A DNA stretch of 64,000 bases from a virus: positions 14,778 to 78,777 of the IMG/VR virus record IMGVR_UViG_3300010371_000034; one strand, written 5' to 3'. The translations under genes and the position numbers were made by a program. Below are positions 27,980-37,483 of this stretch, piece after piece; position 1 is the stretch's first letter; each line of letters starts with the position of its first letter. Under the pieces are notes generated by a model. That model was given only the letters and a program-made list of their open reading frames with translations, ran no database searches and had not been told where the DNA came from.

Positions 27980-30900
27980 AGCACCCCCTCCAGCATCTTG
28001 TCGATCTCCTGGCGACAAGCCGCGTACTCGTCTTGCTCCTTCAGCCGCGGCCGCAGTCGCTTGCCCGCCAGCGCCCCGTGCACGCCCCTGATCGTCTCGG
28101 CGACTGCAACCACGGCCGCGATGTTGCCCGGTATCGGCATCGTCGCCAGCATGCCCACGGCCATCGCCAGCGCTCCCTTGCGCCCGTAGCGGCTCTCAAG
28201 CGACAGCCACTTGTCGGCAAGCCACCTGCCGGCCTGCTGGACCGACAGCGCCTTGGCCCGCATCTCTCTGGTGGCCGGGTAGACGCGGTCCCGCTTCTCC
28301 GCATCGTACAGCTCGCGCAGGTGGAACTGCACCTCGACGACCATGCCGCAGGGCGTCCGGTAGTTGCGCAGCATGTCCCGGTAGCCGCCCTGGAGCGGCT
28401 GCGCGAACCGGTCCTTCTGCCGCACCAGCACCAACCGCCCGTCGATCTCCTCGGCCGCGTCCCGCAGCTCTTGCTCGGTGTCTCTAACCACCGACGCCCG
28501 CACCACGTCCAGCAGCCGCGACCAATCGCCGCCGTAGTCCCGCTCGACCTTCTCCTCGGCCCGCTCAAGCGACTTGATCGGAACCTGCACCGCGCCTTCG
28601 ACGCCTTGCAGCGCCCGGTCCAGTTCGCCCTGCGCCTGGACCACCAGCGCGTACAGCTCCTCCGGCTTGTCCACCGGCTGCTTGACCATCTCGCCGCCAC
28701 GCTGCTCGACCTCGGCCAGGATGTCCGGCCAGGGGGAGCGGCCGTCTATCGCCCGGTCGTCCACGTACAGGTCCGCCACGACCTTGGCGCTGGCTCCCGC
28801 GGGCTGGTCGCTGTTGGTGTTGATCGAGTCGTATTCTATCCCGCTGCCGTCCAGCTGGTCCTTGATCGCCTGCACGTCGCCGCGGGTCGTCCACACGATG
28901 ATCTTCCATCCCCGGTTCCGCAGCGCCGCCAGCGCCTCCCGTGCCCCGTCGCGGACCTCGCCGAAGTGCCCCTCGCCCCGCCAGCCGTCGTACTCCAGGA
29001 TCGTGCCGTCCAGGTCCACGGCCACGGTCTGCTGGTGCTTGTAGACGGTCCAGCCCTTGCGCACCAGCTGCTTGCTCGGCTTGCCGTTTGGCTTGTCAAT
29101 CTTGCCGCCGTCGGCCTGCGCCTCTTCGACTTCTTGCGCTTGCTCGTTCGCGTCGTCGGCCTTGCCGCTGTCGCTGACTTCCTCGCTGGGCAGGTCCTCG
29201 TTTGACTCCACCGTGCCCAGCTTGTCGGAGTCTTTGCCGGCTGCCATCGACTCGGAGTACTGCCGCACAAGGTCGGTCAGGTCGTCCCCCTTCTCCTCGA
29301 CGTTGACCGGCGCTGGCATCGGACCGCCCGGACCCTGGACCCACGGGTTGTCGCCGCCCATCGCGTATGGCTTGCGGCCGCGCAGCACCCGGACCTCGTT
29401 GGTGGTGATCGCGGGCGGGCTGGCCTGCATGTCCACTTGGAGGTCGCTGTTGACCTGCGCGGGGTCTGCCGGCGTCAGGTTGTCGTACCATATCCTTGCC
29501 TCGCGGACGCCGCCCGACCCGCCGTGGCCCGACCCGGTCAGACTGGACCACGCGGGAGTCTCCTCGTCGAACTCCTTGGCAAGGTGCTTGGTCTCGACTT
29601 CGCCCTCCTGGGCCAGCAGGGGGTTCAGGCCGTTCTCGCAGTTTCCAGTAACGTGAACCTTGCCATTTCTGCGCACGAAGAACAGACCTGTCGGCACCGT
29701 TACACACCACACCGTGCCGTCGTACTCAACGGTGCTGCGCATGTCTGGTGATAGCACAACCTCTTGCCTGGTTGATACGTCAACGCGGTACGCTACCTTC
29801 CTGTCGCTGCGTGGGTCTGGTTGTACACATACAGTTGCAGAGAATCCACACTTGACTGCGATCTCTGCAACGTCATCAGCAAGTTGCTTGCTAACCGTCT
29901 TGTAATTGGAGCTAGAGTTGCCGGTGTTCTCGCAGTCCATCCATGCGTGCCCGTCTCCTTCCATAAGAGCATCAAACAGTACCCTCAAGTCCTCAGCCGA
30001 CCATGACTTTACCTCTTCAGGAACGCGCTTGTTCTGGGAACCAATGCCTAGTGATACTAAGTAGTCATAGATTCCCTTGTCGCTCGCTTTCCAAGTGTGG
30101 CAACTGGTGTCTCTAGGGTCAACCTTGTCTGTCCACTTTAGTGGCAGCGCAAGGATTCCTGCCTTTACTGACTCAAACGTTCTTGTTGATTTCTCTGATT
30201 GCGTAATACATATTCCCCACCCTCCGTTCGTCCTGTCGCAAAGATGCCCCTCACTCAGGTAGAGGCCAAGAAACCGCAACCACACCTTCCTGTCTACGCA
30301 CCTGTCGTCCAACTCATGCACTATATTCCTGCTACCGCATGGGTTGTATGATGGGAATGACACGTACTTCGGCGGGTCAGTTGCTCCTATTAGCGGTGCC
30401 GACCTCTTTATCCTGTACGTCGTGGCAGGCGTCATGTCGTCTATCTTGATCGTTTCCCAGGGGTAGTTCAGGTGTTTCCTTGACGCAGCCGGGAACCGCT
30501 GCAAGTGTACCCGATGCCCTGGAGTCATGCAGGCGTCAACGCGCTGCCCTTGCCACAGGTGCATCGGCCCCTTATACGGCTCAACGACGATCCTAGACGG
30601 TTTGTGGTACACCATGCTCTGGGATGCTTGATCGTAGCAAGCGACCACAGTATCGTCAGTCAACTCCCAGCACTTCTTCCAACCACAGTCAGTCAAGCAC
30701 TCCGTGTCATCATCCAAGCACCAGCCGGCCAGCGTCGCCAGCACCGAGCCGAACGTCATGTCTTGCACCATGCCAAGTGCAGCTTGAGGCGTGCCAAAGC
30801 CGGCGCAGATCGCCTTGGCCATCTGGTCGAACCCCTCCATGTAGGCCATGTCGGTCGGGGAGAACGACAGCGGGGTGACCACCGTGCCGCTGGGGGTGAA

Positions 30901-31992
30901 CAGCGGCTTGCCCACGTTGAACTCGCCCTGGTGCTTCTGGGCGATCTTGGCCTCCCAGCGCGATATCATGTAGTCGTCGGGATCGGTGTAGCCTGGCGGC
31001 ATCGACACCCAGAACTCAGGCCGGGCCATGTTGATGAACTGCGACCAGCGGGACCGTGCTATCGACTCCTCCGTGTCGATCCACCTTGACAGCGACCACA
31101 GCTTGCTGTATCCGTCCAGCTTGTTGACGGGAGACTTGAACAGATGGATGATCACATCGTCGATGGGAATCTTGAGCATGCCGGCCGAGCCCATGCCGCC
31201 CCACGGCCGTACCTCCAGGTACTCGATAAGCCGGTCAGCGTCGGGATGCTCCGGGTCGACGTGCTTGTGGCCGCCGGTCCTTGGCCACACCCAGTGCGAC
31301 GGGATCACCCACCGCTCGCACGGCCTGCCGAACCTGTTGCGCACCTTCCACTCGTAGGCCACACCGCACAGGAACTTGAACATCCGCAGCTCGTACATGT
31401 AGTCGAAGTGCGTATCAACGGGATTGGGGTTCTGGATCAGTGAAGGGAGGAGGTGCCTGCGCTCTATCGGCTCAAGCTCCTCGTGCGGCTTGAGCACGCT
31501 GAGCGCCTTGGAACGGTACTCGCCGATGGTGAGGAACGAGCTGTTGCTGCCGGACAGCTTCCGAGCCGCGTCGTAGTTGGAGTAATCCACCCAGTCGCCG
31601 CCGGCCGGCGCCTGCGGTTTGGCCCCCCACTTGCCCGGCTGGCCTTTGTGGATGTCTGATCCCACGTGGCCAGTACCACCGAAACCCCTACCGGTGGCGT
31701 TGAGCAGCGACCGCTCGCACGCCTTGACCGTCCTGCCCGGCACGCCGGAGTCATGCACCCAGGCGACGTTGGGGTAGACGCTGGACAGCTTCATGCAGTT
31801 GGCGTGGATGACGACGTAGGTCCAGTCCAGGTAGTGCTGCACCTGGGAGATGCGGTCCTGCGACCAGCCGCCGGGATATCCGGTGCCATGCGCGGCCGGG
31901 AACAGGCGGCCCAGTATCCGCTCGCCCGGCGTGGCGCTCTTGCTCACCGCGCCAGCCGATGCCCTGGTCAAGTGCCTGGCCGATTTAATCAC
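27976..31992 (-). CDS. portal protein (HK97-like) with LAGLIDADG intein and C-terminal HAD and RelA/SpoT-like domains
   Basis: L..PNP, G.AY, W.IPS.WV, DVIIH.F.SP.....GYS, F.N.ARP, ICAGFG.P; later VAVDLDGT..Y.DDRAI and IKS.ERA.EK..DVVR..GYRD..EVQ. Confidence 0.88.
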   Translation of the reverse strand: MIKSARHLTRASAGAVSKSATPGERILGRLFPAAHGTGYPGGWSQDRISQVQHYLDWTYVVIHANCMKLSSVYPNVAWVHDSGVPGRTVKACERSLLNATGRGFGGTGHVGSDIHKGQPGKWGAKPQAPAGGDWVDYSNYDAARKLSGSNSSFLTIGEYRSKALSVLKPHEELEPIERRHLLPSLIQNPNPVDTHFDYMYELRMFKFLCGVAYEWKVRNRFGRPCERWVIPSHWVWPRTGGHKHVDPEHPDADRLIEYLEVRPWGGMGSAGMLKIPIDDVIIHLFKSPVNKLDGYSKLWSLSRWIDTEESIARSRWSQFINMARPEFWVSMPPGYTDPDDYMISRWEAKIAQKHQGEFNVGKPLFTPSGTVVTPLSFSPTDMAYMEGFDQMAKAICAGFGTPQAALGMVQDMTFGSVLATLAGWCLDDDTECLTDCGWKKCWELTDDTVVACYDQASQSMVYHKPSRIVVEPYKGPMHLWQGQRVDACMTPGHRVHLQRFPAASRKHLNYPWETIKIDDMTPATTYRIKRSAPLIGATDPPKYVSFPSYNPCGSRNIVHELDDRCVDRKVWLRFLGLYLSEGHLCDRTNGGWGICITQSEKSTRTFESVKAGILALPLKWTDKVDPRDTSCHTWKASDKGIYDYLVSLGIGSQNKRVPEEVKSWSAEDLRVLFDALMEGDGHAWMDCENTGNSSSNYKTVSKQLADDVAEIAVKCGFSATVCVQPDPRSDRKVAYRVDVSTRQEVVLSPDMRSTVEYDGTVWCVTVPTGLFFVRRNGKVHVTGNCENGLNPLLAQEGEVETKHLAKEFDEETPAWSSLTGSGHGGSGGVREARIWYDNLTPADPAQVNSDLQVDMQASPPAITTNEVRVLRGRKPYAMGGDNPWVQGPGGPMPAPVNVEEKGDDLTDLVRQYSESMAAGKDSDKLGTVESNEDLPSEEVSDSGKADDANEQAQEVEEAQADGGKIDKPNGKPSKQLVRKGWTVYKHQQTVAVDLDGTILEYDGWRGEGHFGEVRDGAREALAALRNRGWKIIVWTTRGDVQAIKDQLDGSGIEYDSINTNSDQPAGASAKVVADLYVDDRAIDGRSPWPDILAEVEQRGGEMVKQPVDKPEELYALVVQAQGELDRALQGVEGAVQVPIKSLERAEEKVERDYGGDWSRLLDVVRASVVRDTEQELRDAAEEIDGRLVLVRQKDRFAQPLQGGYRDMLRNYRTPCGMVVEVQFHLRELYDAEKRDRVYPATREMRAKALSVQQAGRWLADKWLSLESRYGRKGALAMAVGMLATMPIPGNIAAVVAVAETIRGVHGALAGKRLRPRLKEQDEYAACRQEIDKMLEGVL
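29641..30720 (-). mobile_element. intein (360 aa) with LAGLIDADG endonuclease in portal
   Basis: CLDDDTECLT..GW start, TPGHR block B, LGLYLSEG/LMEGDG, VWCVTV, ends GN followed by Cys+1. Confidence 0.92.
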
Positions 31993-32049
31993 GCCGCATC
32001 CCCTGCGCTCCTGTTGACTCCAGTCAGCGGCCCCACGCGGCCGCGCAGA

Positions 32050-32280
32050 TCACTGCACCTGCTTCGCGCCCACCACCGCCCTGTCCACCACCTCGTCAAG
32101 CGCCCGCACATCACGCTCCAGCTCTCGCAGTCGCTCGTCGTTCCTGTCCTCGCGGTCCGCCCGCCGCACGTGCAGCCACCACAGCGCGGGCAGGCTGGCC
32201 GACAGTAGCGCCGCCACCAGGCTGAGCAACCCGCAGCAGACGGCGAGCACCAGTATCGTGAGGGCCGGCTGATCGTTCAC
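32050..32280 (-). CDS. small membrane protein
   Basis: long hydrophobic N-terminus then coiled coil. Confidence 0.5.
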   Translation of the reverse strand: MNDQPALTILVLAVCCGLLSLVAALLSASLPALWWLHVRRADREDRNDERLRELERDVRALDEVVDRAVVGAKQVQ

Positions 32281-32570
32281 TTCTTATCCGCCTCCACCAG
32301 CCGCTTGATCTCGTCCAGCATCCACTGCCGCCCGGTGTCCGCCTCGGCCGCGCCGGTCTGGCATACCAGGGCGTTGACATCGTTCACGAACATCCGTTCC
32401 AACTCAAGCGCCGCCTCCAGGTGCCGCAATCTGTCCGCCATCTCGCCGCGGTCCCTCAGCAGCGCCTTCACGTCCTTGTAGTACCGCTGCGACAGCTGCC
32501 CGGTGTCGTAGCCGAACTGCACTCGACCCAGGAAGTCCTCGATCTTGGCGATGTCCTTCTCGTCGATCAT
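32277..32570 (-). CDS. hypothetical protein
   Basis: operon spacing, RBS. Confidence 0.5.
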   Translation of the reverse strand: MIDEKDIAKIEDFLGRVQFGYDTGQLSQRYYKDVKALLRDRGEMADRLRHLEAALELERMFVNDVNALVCQTGAAEADTGRQWMLDEIKRLVEADKK

Positions 32571-32571
32571 G

Positions 32572-32760
32572 TCACTTCTCCCTGTCCGGCGTCCTCGCGC
32601 TGCTGCGCAGGTCGGTCAGCTCCGGCCCGTCGATATCCACGTCCGCCGCGGTCTTGGCCCGCGCGTCGGAGCAACCCGCGCACACCTCGGTGTCGGGAAT
32701 CGCCTCAATCCTGCCCCGCAGAATCTTCTTACCGCACCTGCTGCATGTTCGATCCATCAT
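32572..32760 (-). CDS. TraR/DksA-type C4 zinc-finger protein
   Basis: CSRCGKKI..GRIEAIPDTEVCAGC matches C..CG..I...R..A.P....C..C. Confidence 0.7.
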   Translation of the reverse strand: MMDRTCSRCGKKILRGRIEAIPDTEVCAGCSDARAKTAADVDIDGPELTDLRSSARTPDREK

Positions 32761-33039
32761 CAGTCTCCATACAACGCATTGCATATGCCGCTACGATGTC
32801 GCTGTCGCCCGATTTCTCCAACTCCGCGACAGCGACCACCAGGTTCTGCAATTCCTGCCTCACTATGGCGCAGACGGCGGCGAGGTCTTCGGCGGTAAGC
32901 ATCGCATCACCTCAAGAAAGCGCGGCTGGCAGGGATTTTCCCGGCGTTTCGGGCGCCCCGTAACTTGGTCTTCGCTGCATGCCGAATCCAAGTTTAGCTG
33001 GGTTCACCTAGCTTGAACCGGGCCAGTTCCGCGCGTTCA

Positions 33040-33801
33040 TCATCTCACCCAGAAGTCCCTGCTCTTCTGCTCGCCGCACCACAGGCCGATGGCGCATGCC
33101 AAGACCTGATCGTCATGGTCCTTCTCTCTCCAGGCCTCGAAACTCTCGTGCCCCGTCTCAGCGTTCTGCTTCACCTTGAAGTTCAGCAGCTCGTCCACCA
33201 GCCCGCCGCAGTTCTTCATGTCCTGCTCGATCGTCAGCCGCTTGGTCCCCAGCAGCACCTGCACGATCGACACCAGCTCCGACTTGGGTACGTTCCAGCC
33301 GCCCGCGGCGTTCTCCACCACTGTCTTGCCTGATTGTATCCATATCGGCCTGATCGTGCAGCGGGTGGACTTCGCCAGCGACATCTCCTTGCGCAGCCAC
33401 TCGACAACCGGCACACCCACGCCCGTGTAGTCCACCGCCAGCACCGTGCCGCCCAACCCGCCCCGGTCCGCGCCCCGCGAGTACGCCTTGACCAGCCAGC
33501 TGAGTATCCTGTCGTAGTCCGTACCGACGTCCCAGCGCTCCATGCGCACCAGGTGATACCGCCACTGCCGCGCCCTGCGCTCCTCTGCCGTCAGAGCGCC
33601 GGACATCGGCCTGCGGGCCAGCAGGTCGGGCTTCGGCAGAACCGCCACCGTCTGCTGCCCGTACAGCTCGTCCAGGTCGTTGACCACCTCTGGGCCGCTG
33701 GGGGCCAGCATTGGACGCGACCTCTCGAACAGCGCGAAAGCACTAAAATCGACAAGTTTTCCAATGTCGAGCCCCGCTATGTATTCACGCTCGACGCTCA
33801 T
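33040..33801 (-). CDS. terminase nuclease (RNase H-like) domain as separate gene
   Basis: GLDIGKLVDFSA, VDYTGVG.PV, VPKSELV, L..EL.NF, HDD.V.A.A. Confidence 0.82.
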   Translation of the reverse strand: MSVEREYIAGLDIGKLVDFSAFALFERSRPMLAPSGPEVVNDLDELYGQQTVAVLPKPDLLARRPMSGALTAEERRARQWRYHLVRMERWDVGTDYDRILSWLVKAYSRGADRGGLGGTVLAVDYTGVGVPVVEWLRKEMSLAKSTRCTIRPIWIQSGKTVVENAAGGWNVPKSELVSIVQVLLGTKRLTIEQDMKNCGGLVDELLNFKVKQNAETGHESFEAWREKDHDDQVLACAIGLWCGEQKSRDFWVR

Positions 33802-33992
33802 CCACCCACTCCCAGCTCCACCCATTCACCCCATGTCGGGTCGTCGTGCCGCAGCTCCTGCGCCATGATCACCGGCTCGCCGATCTCCTCGAACGCCTCC
33901 AAAGTGCACGCCTCGCAGCAGCCGTGGGTCACTTGGAGTGGGTCGCCGTCTCGTATGACTGCGCCGCACCAGGAACACACTCGTCTGAGCAT
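33798..33992 (-). CDS. small Zn-finger protein
   Basis: CSWCG...THGCC..C. Confidence 0.55.
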   Translation of the reverse strand: MLRRVCSWCGAVIRDGDPLQVTHGCCEACTLEAFEEIGEPVIMAQELRHDDPTWGEWVELGVGG

Positions 33993-34171
33993 ATCTCTCC
34001 CACCTTCCTTGAGTAGATGCTGTCAACATGCTCCGCGAACGCTCTGCGAGCCTCCGTCTCGACCACCACGATGAACCGCGCCTGTGCGGACTTGGGCAAC
34101 GATGGAAAGCTGGAGTCTTCAGCCTTCAGCCGCTCCAGCGCGGCCTCAGCCACCTTCATCGGGTCGAACAT
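33929..34171 (-). CDS. hypothetical protein
   Basis: GAGG RBS. Confidence 0.4.
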   Translation of the reverse strand: MFDPMKVAEAALERLKAEDSSFPSLPKSAQARFIVVVETEARRAFAEHVDSIYSRKVGEICSDECVPGAAQSYETATHSK

Positions 34172-34255
34172 CGCTCTGCACCTCTGAAGTTAGTCCGGCG
34201 GCTTCAGACAATTCCACGCCGCTCTGCCCTACGCCGCCGGGCTGATTCCATCATA

Positions 34256-34651
34256 TCACGGAGCCGGGCTGGGCGCCAGTGTCGGGGGCGGGGTTGGCGT
34301 GTTCGCGGCCACCGCGTCCGACAACGCCTTGGACTTCGCCGCCACGTCGTCCTTCAGCGTCACCAGGGCTTTCAGCTGGTCCGCCGTCGCTCCGCCCGCA
34401 AGCGCTGCTGCGATAGCGCCGGTAAGCCGCTGCTGGAACCCGTTGATCAGCGCCACCGCGCTGTCGATCACCGCATCCTCGGCGGCCACCGCGGCCACCA
34501 GGTCGTCAATCGTCTGAGGCATTTCCGTCTCCTGAGCGGGCGCGTTAAGGAACTTGGATACAGCGTCGCGCAGCTTCGCCGTGTGAGCCCGCACATCGCG
34601 GCAAAGCATGCGCAACTTGTTCAAGTGATGTTGCTGCTCCTGCACATCCAT
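34256..34651 (-). CDS. Ala-rich coiled-coil phage protein
   Basis: DDL.A.VAAE..V.DSA..LI.G...L..AV.ANTP pattern. Confidence 0.55.
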   Translation of the reverse strand: MDVQEQQHHLNKLRMLCRDVRAHTAKLRDAVSKFLNAPAQETEMPQTIDDLVAAVAAEDAVIDSAVALINGFQQRLTGAIAAALAGGATADQLKALVTLKDDVAAKSKALSDAVAANTPTPPPTLAPSPAP

Positions 34652-34655
34652 TATA

Positions 34656-34841
34656 TCACCTAATCGGCGGGCCGAAGACGCCCCAGCCCAGCAACCCGAA
34701 CAGGATCAGCTCGACCACCACCCAGCCCAGCGGCCGCCAGGGCGGCTGACCGCCCGACTGCGTCGACCAAGGCCAGTTGAAGAACACTCCCAGCAGGGCG
34801 CACAGCACGTAGATAAGCCAGAACCAGGTTCCTGCGGTCAT
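34656..34841 (-). CDS. two-TM membrane protein (holin-like)
   Basis: two hydrophobic helices, 61 aa. Confidence 0.55.
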   Translation of the reverse strand: MTAGTWFWLIYVLCALLGVFFNWPWSTQSGGQPPWRPLGWVVVELILFGLLGWGVFGPPIR

Positions 34842-35041
34842 GTCTCAGACCTCCGCGCTCCTGAAGCCGGGCGAAGTTGTTCGGTCGCAGGTGGCAACGT
34901 GACTATCGCATATCCTGTCGGCGTAGAACCAAACGGCGTTGACTTCACGCAACTGCAAACCACGCACAGCTCGGTTGTATGGCTGGCTGCCAACTCCTCG
35001 AATGTTGTGACGTCAAGCCACTTGTGTGAGCATTCAGTCAT
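34838..35041 (-). CDS. hypothetical protein
   Basis: ATGA coupling downstream. Confidence 0.4.
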   Translation of the reverse strand: MTECSHKWLDVTTFEELAASHTTELCVVCSCVKSTPFGSTPTGYAIVTLPPATEQLRPASGARRSET

Positions 35042-35044
35042 AGT

Positions 35045-37483
35045 TCACTCGAACCACAATCGCTTCTCTCCGTCGCCCTTGACCACCGCGGCCTGCACCG
35101 CGTCGCGGCTGAAAACGCTGTCTATCGCGTCGACGAACTCGCAGAAGTATTCCTGCCTGTACCACCTGTTGCCTATCATGGCCCGTTCCTCTTCGAGGAA
35201 CGACGCCTCGATCCGCGGGCACTGGTCGGCGGTCACCCGGTACGTCTCGAACGGCGGCCGCGCTTCTTTGCCTTCGGCGCCGAGCTGGTAGTGTCGGTTG
35301 AGCCAGGACTCGGTGCCGGTATACGGGCCTTGCGAACGCGGAGCAACTTCACTTGCCCTGGGTACCACGACCGAAACGACTCTTTCTCCGTCCCGAACAT
35401 ATCCCGAAATTGGAATACCTCCGGCGGTTCCATTCCCGGCTGCACCTCGAACTCGTATATCCACGTCGTCGGTTGCTCGGCGACCGCGCTCATATGCTTG
35501 TTCTGCTTTTTCACAGTTCTGCCACGCCTCCCAGAACCAGCCCCGCTTGCCATACGGCGTGCTGGCCACCACAAGCCTCGGCGCCCTTCCGTGGACTGCC
35601 TTCGTAGCTGCCTGGAACGGCCGCACCAGGTTGTACAGCTGGTCCGGTATCCTGCTGGCCTCGTCGAGCACCAGAAGCGTCACCGAGCTGAAGCCCACGA
35701 TGGTGTCGGGGCTGCCGGGCAGGCTGATGATGCGCGAGCCGTTGGGCAGCTCCATCGACAGCGCCTTGTCCTTGGTCGCCTCGGACACCTCGATACCCAC
35801 CAGCGCCGCCCCGTCCCAGCCCTTGGCCTTTATCATCCCCTGCTCGTGCGCCGCGTCTTCCGCCAGGCTCTTGGGGTTCCACGGCCGCCTGTGCACCTTG
35901 CCGCCGATCAGCCCGCGCCACAGCATCTTCACCTTGAGCAGCAATTCCGCCGACTGCCGCAGCGTCTTGGATATCAGCAGCACCTCGCTGTGCGGGTGAA
36001 GCAGCGCTTCAAGCAGCGCCATCGCGGCCAGCGTGAAGCTGTTGTGGGTTGGGATCATCGATTCCCCGGCTAGATACAGGCAATTCGGAGAGTCAACAGT
36101 TATGCACTTTACAATCCTTTTACCGACGGGTTTTATTCCAACTATGTATCTCAACCTACGTTGTCCTTGCCTGCCACCATCCAGATTGACTGTCGCTTTC
36201 TTCCTCGTCAGACGGAATGGCATAATTGTAGGGGTAAATCCGATCCTCCATTTTGGACCGCAATCCTTACCATTCATCTTTGCTCGACCCTCAGACATCG
36301 TTGCAATTATACCCAGACTCCTGGATAGTTCGAGAAACCCAGCAGCGAGCATCGGGTTAGTGCTAGTGAATTCACACCTACTGTTGTTCGGATTACTGCT
36401 ACCACAACCATCAGTGTCCATCAATCCTTGAAACAGCGCTAATCTTTGCTGAAACGATGCACGAAGGTATTTGTCTGGTATGTGCTTATTGTTGAGCAGG
36501 TTTTCCCTTCTCAATACAGCAATTAACTCTATGTTGGTCCAAGCATCAGATTTACCTGATCGCCTTCGCAGTCTCTCACACTTTCTGCAATGACCCTTAT
36601 GCCAATGTTCAGCCTTTGGATGACCTCGGCGGCATACTTTAGAACCATCTATACCACCTATAGTGAATATGTACGCTTGGCTTCCTGGCTTCATTCTGGG
36701 CTGCGATACGTTGTAGCCAGCCTTGGCAATCTCCATCGTTATCTCATCATCCATTGTAGTAAACTGCGCACTGCAAGAGGTGCCGTCGCCCAGCCATGCA
36801 CCAAGTACATACGGGTCTATCGGTAAATCAGCTTCAGGCAAATCTAACGGCCGGCAAGCCGGAATAGCATGGTTATTCTCTTGGCATTTTCCCTTTTTCA
36901 ATGTGTCTGCTATGCCGTTAGTCGTAAGAGTATTTACCTTCAACTGACTGCCGTTCTTCCATACCGACTTCCAACCGGCCCAGTTTTCAACTATAGTTCC
37001 GTGTGCACGTAGCATAGCATTTTTAGTTGCTAAGTCTATCGTGTTCCACTGGTGGTCTCCGTCAGCTATGATTACAGAGCCATCAGAGAATGATACCTCA
37101 TACGCCTCCCTGTATTCAAGTTCTGAACATCCAATGACCTTTGTTGGATTTCCCATCTCATCAATTACTGAATCACCTATCTCCAACGCGCCCATGCTGG
37201 TCCATCCGGTTGGAGTCGGTATAGGCGTATCTATGTCTAAAGCCTTGCCGCTCTGCCGCGAGCAAAGCAGCAGCAGCTTCTCCGCGCTGCTGGTCAGCAC
37301 CGATCTCTGCCAGGGGTCCGCCTCCGCGTTCAGCGGTGCGAACACCAGGCACGGGTCGTCCCTCAGCGCGGCCATCGGGTCGACTAGCACGTCCGCGAAC
37401 AGCTCGCTCGCCGCCCGCCACAGCGCGTCCTCGCTCCGGCGCGGCTTAGCAGATACCAGAGGGTTGTTCATCAACAACGTCAC
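35045..37483 (-). CDS. terL: terminase large subunit ATPase domain with intein
   Basis: PWQ, Walker A SRQSGK|S, Walker B LLVLDEA, ASTP.G..GWF, RQEY.CEF; GTG 37483 overlaps the terS stop. Confidence 0.9.
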   Translation of the reverse strand: MTLLMNNPLVSAKPRRSEDALWRAASELFADVLVDPMAALRDDPCLVFAPLNAEADPWQRSVLTSSAEKLLLLCSRQSGKALDIDTPIPTPTGWTSMGALEIGDSVIDEMGNPTKVIGCSELEYREAYEVSFSDGSVIIADGDHQWNTIDLATKNAMLRAHGTIVENWAGWKSVWKNGSQLKVNTLTTNGIADTLKKGKCQENNHAIPACRPLDLPEADLPIDPYVLGAWLGDGTSCSAQFTTMDDEITMEIAKAGYNVSQPRMKPGSQAYIFTIGGIDGSKVCRRGHPKAEHWHKGHCRKCERLRRRSGKSDAWTNIELIAVLRRENLLNNKHIPDKYLRASFQQRLALFQGLMDTDGCGSSNPNNSRCEFTSTNPMLAAGFLELSRSLGIIATMSEGRAKMNGKDCGPKWRIGFTPTIMPFRLTRKKATVNLDGGRQGQRRLRYIVGIKPVGKRIVKCITVDSPNCLYLAGESMIPTHNSFTLAAMALLEALLHPHSEVLLISKTLRQSAELLLKVKMLWRGLIGGKVHRRPWNPKSLAEDAAHEQGMIKAKGWDGAALVGIEVSEATKDKALSMELPNGSRIISLPGSPDTIVGFSSVTLLVLDEASRIPDQLYNLVRPFQAATKAVHGRAPRLVVASTPYGKRGWFWEAWQNCEKAEQAYERGRRATDDVDIRVRGAAGNGTAGGIPISGYVRDGERVVSVVVPRASEVAPRSQGPYTGTESWLNRHYQLGAEGKEARPPFETYRVTADQCPRIEASFLEEERAMIGNRWYRQEYFCEFVDAIDSVFSRDAVQAAVVKGDGEKRLWFE
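36041..37243 (-). mobile_element. class 3 (Ala1) intein, 401 aa, LAGLIDADG
   Basis: ALDIDTPIPTPTGW start; WCT triad (DHQW, VKCITV, PTHN); LGAWLGDG and LMDTDG; Ser+1. Confidence 0.92.
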
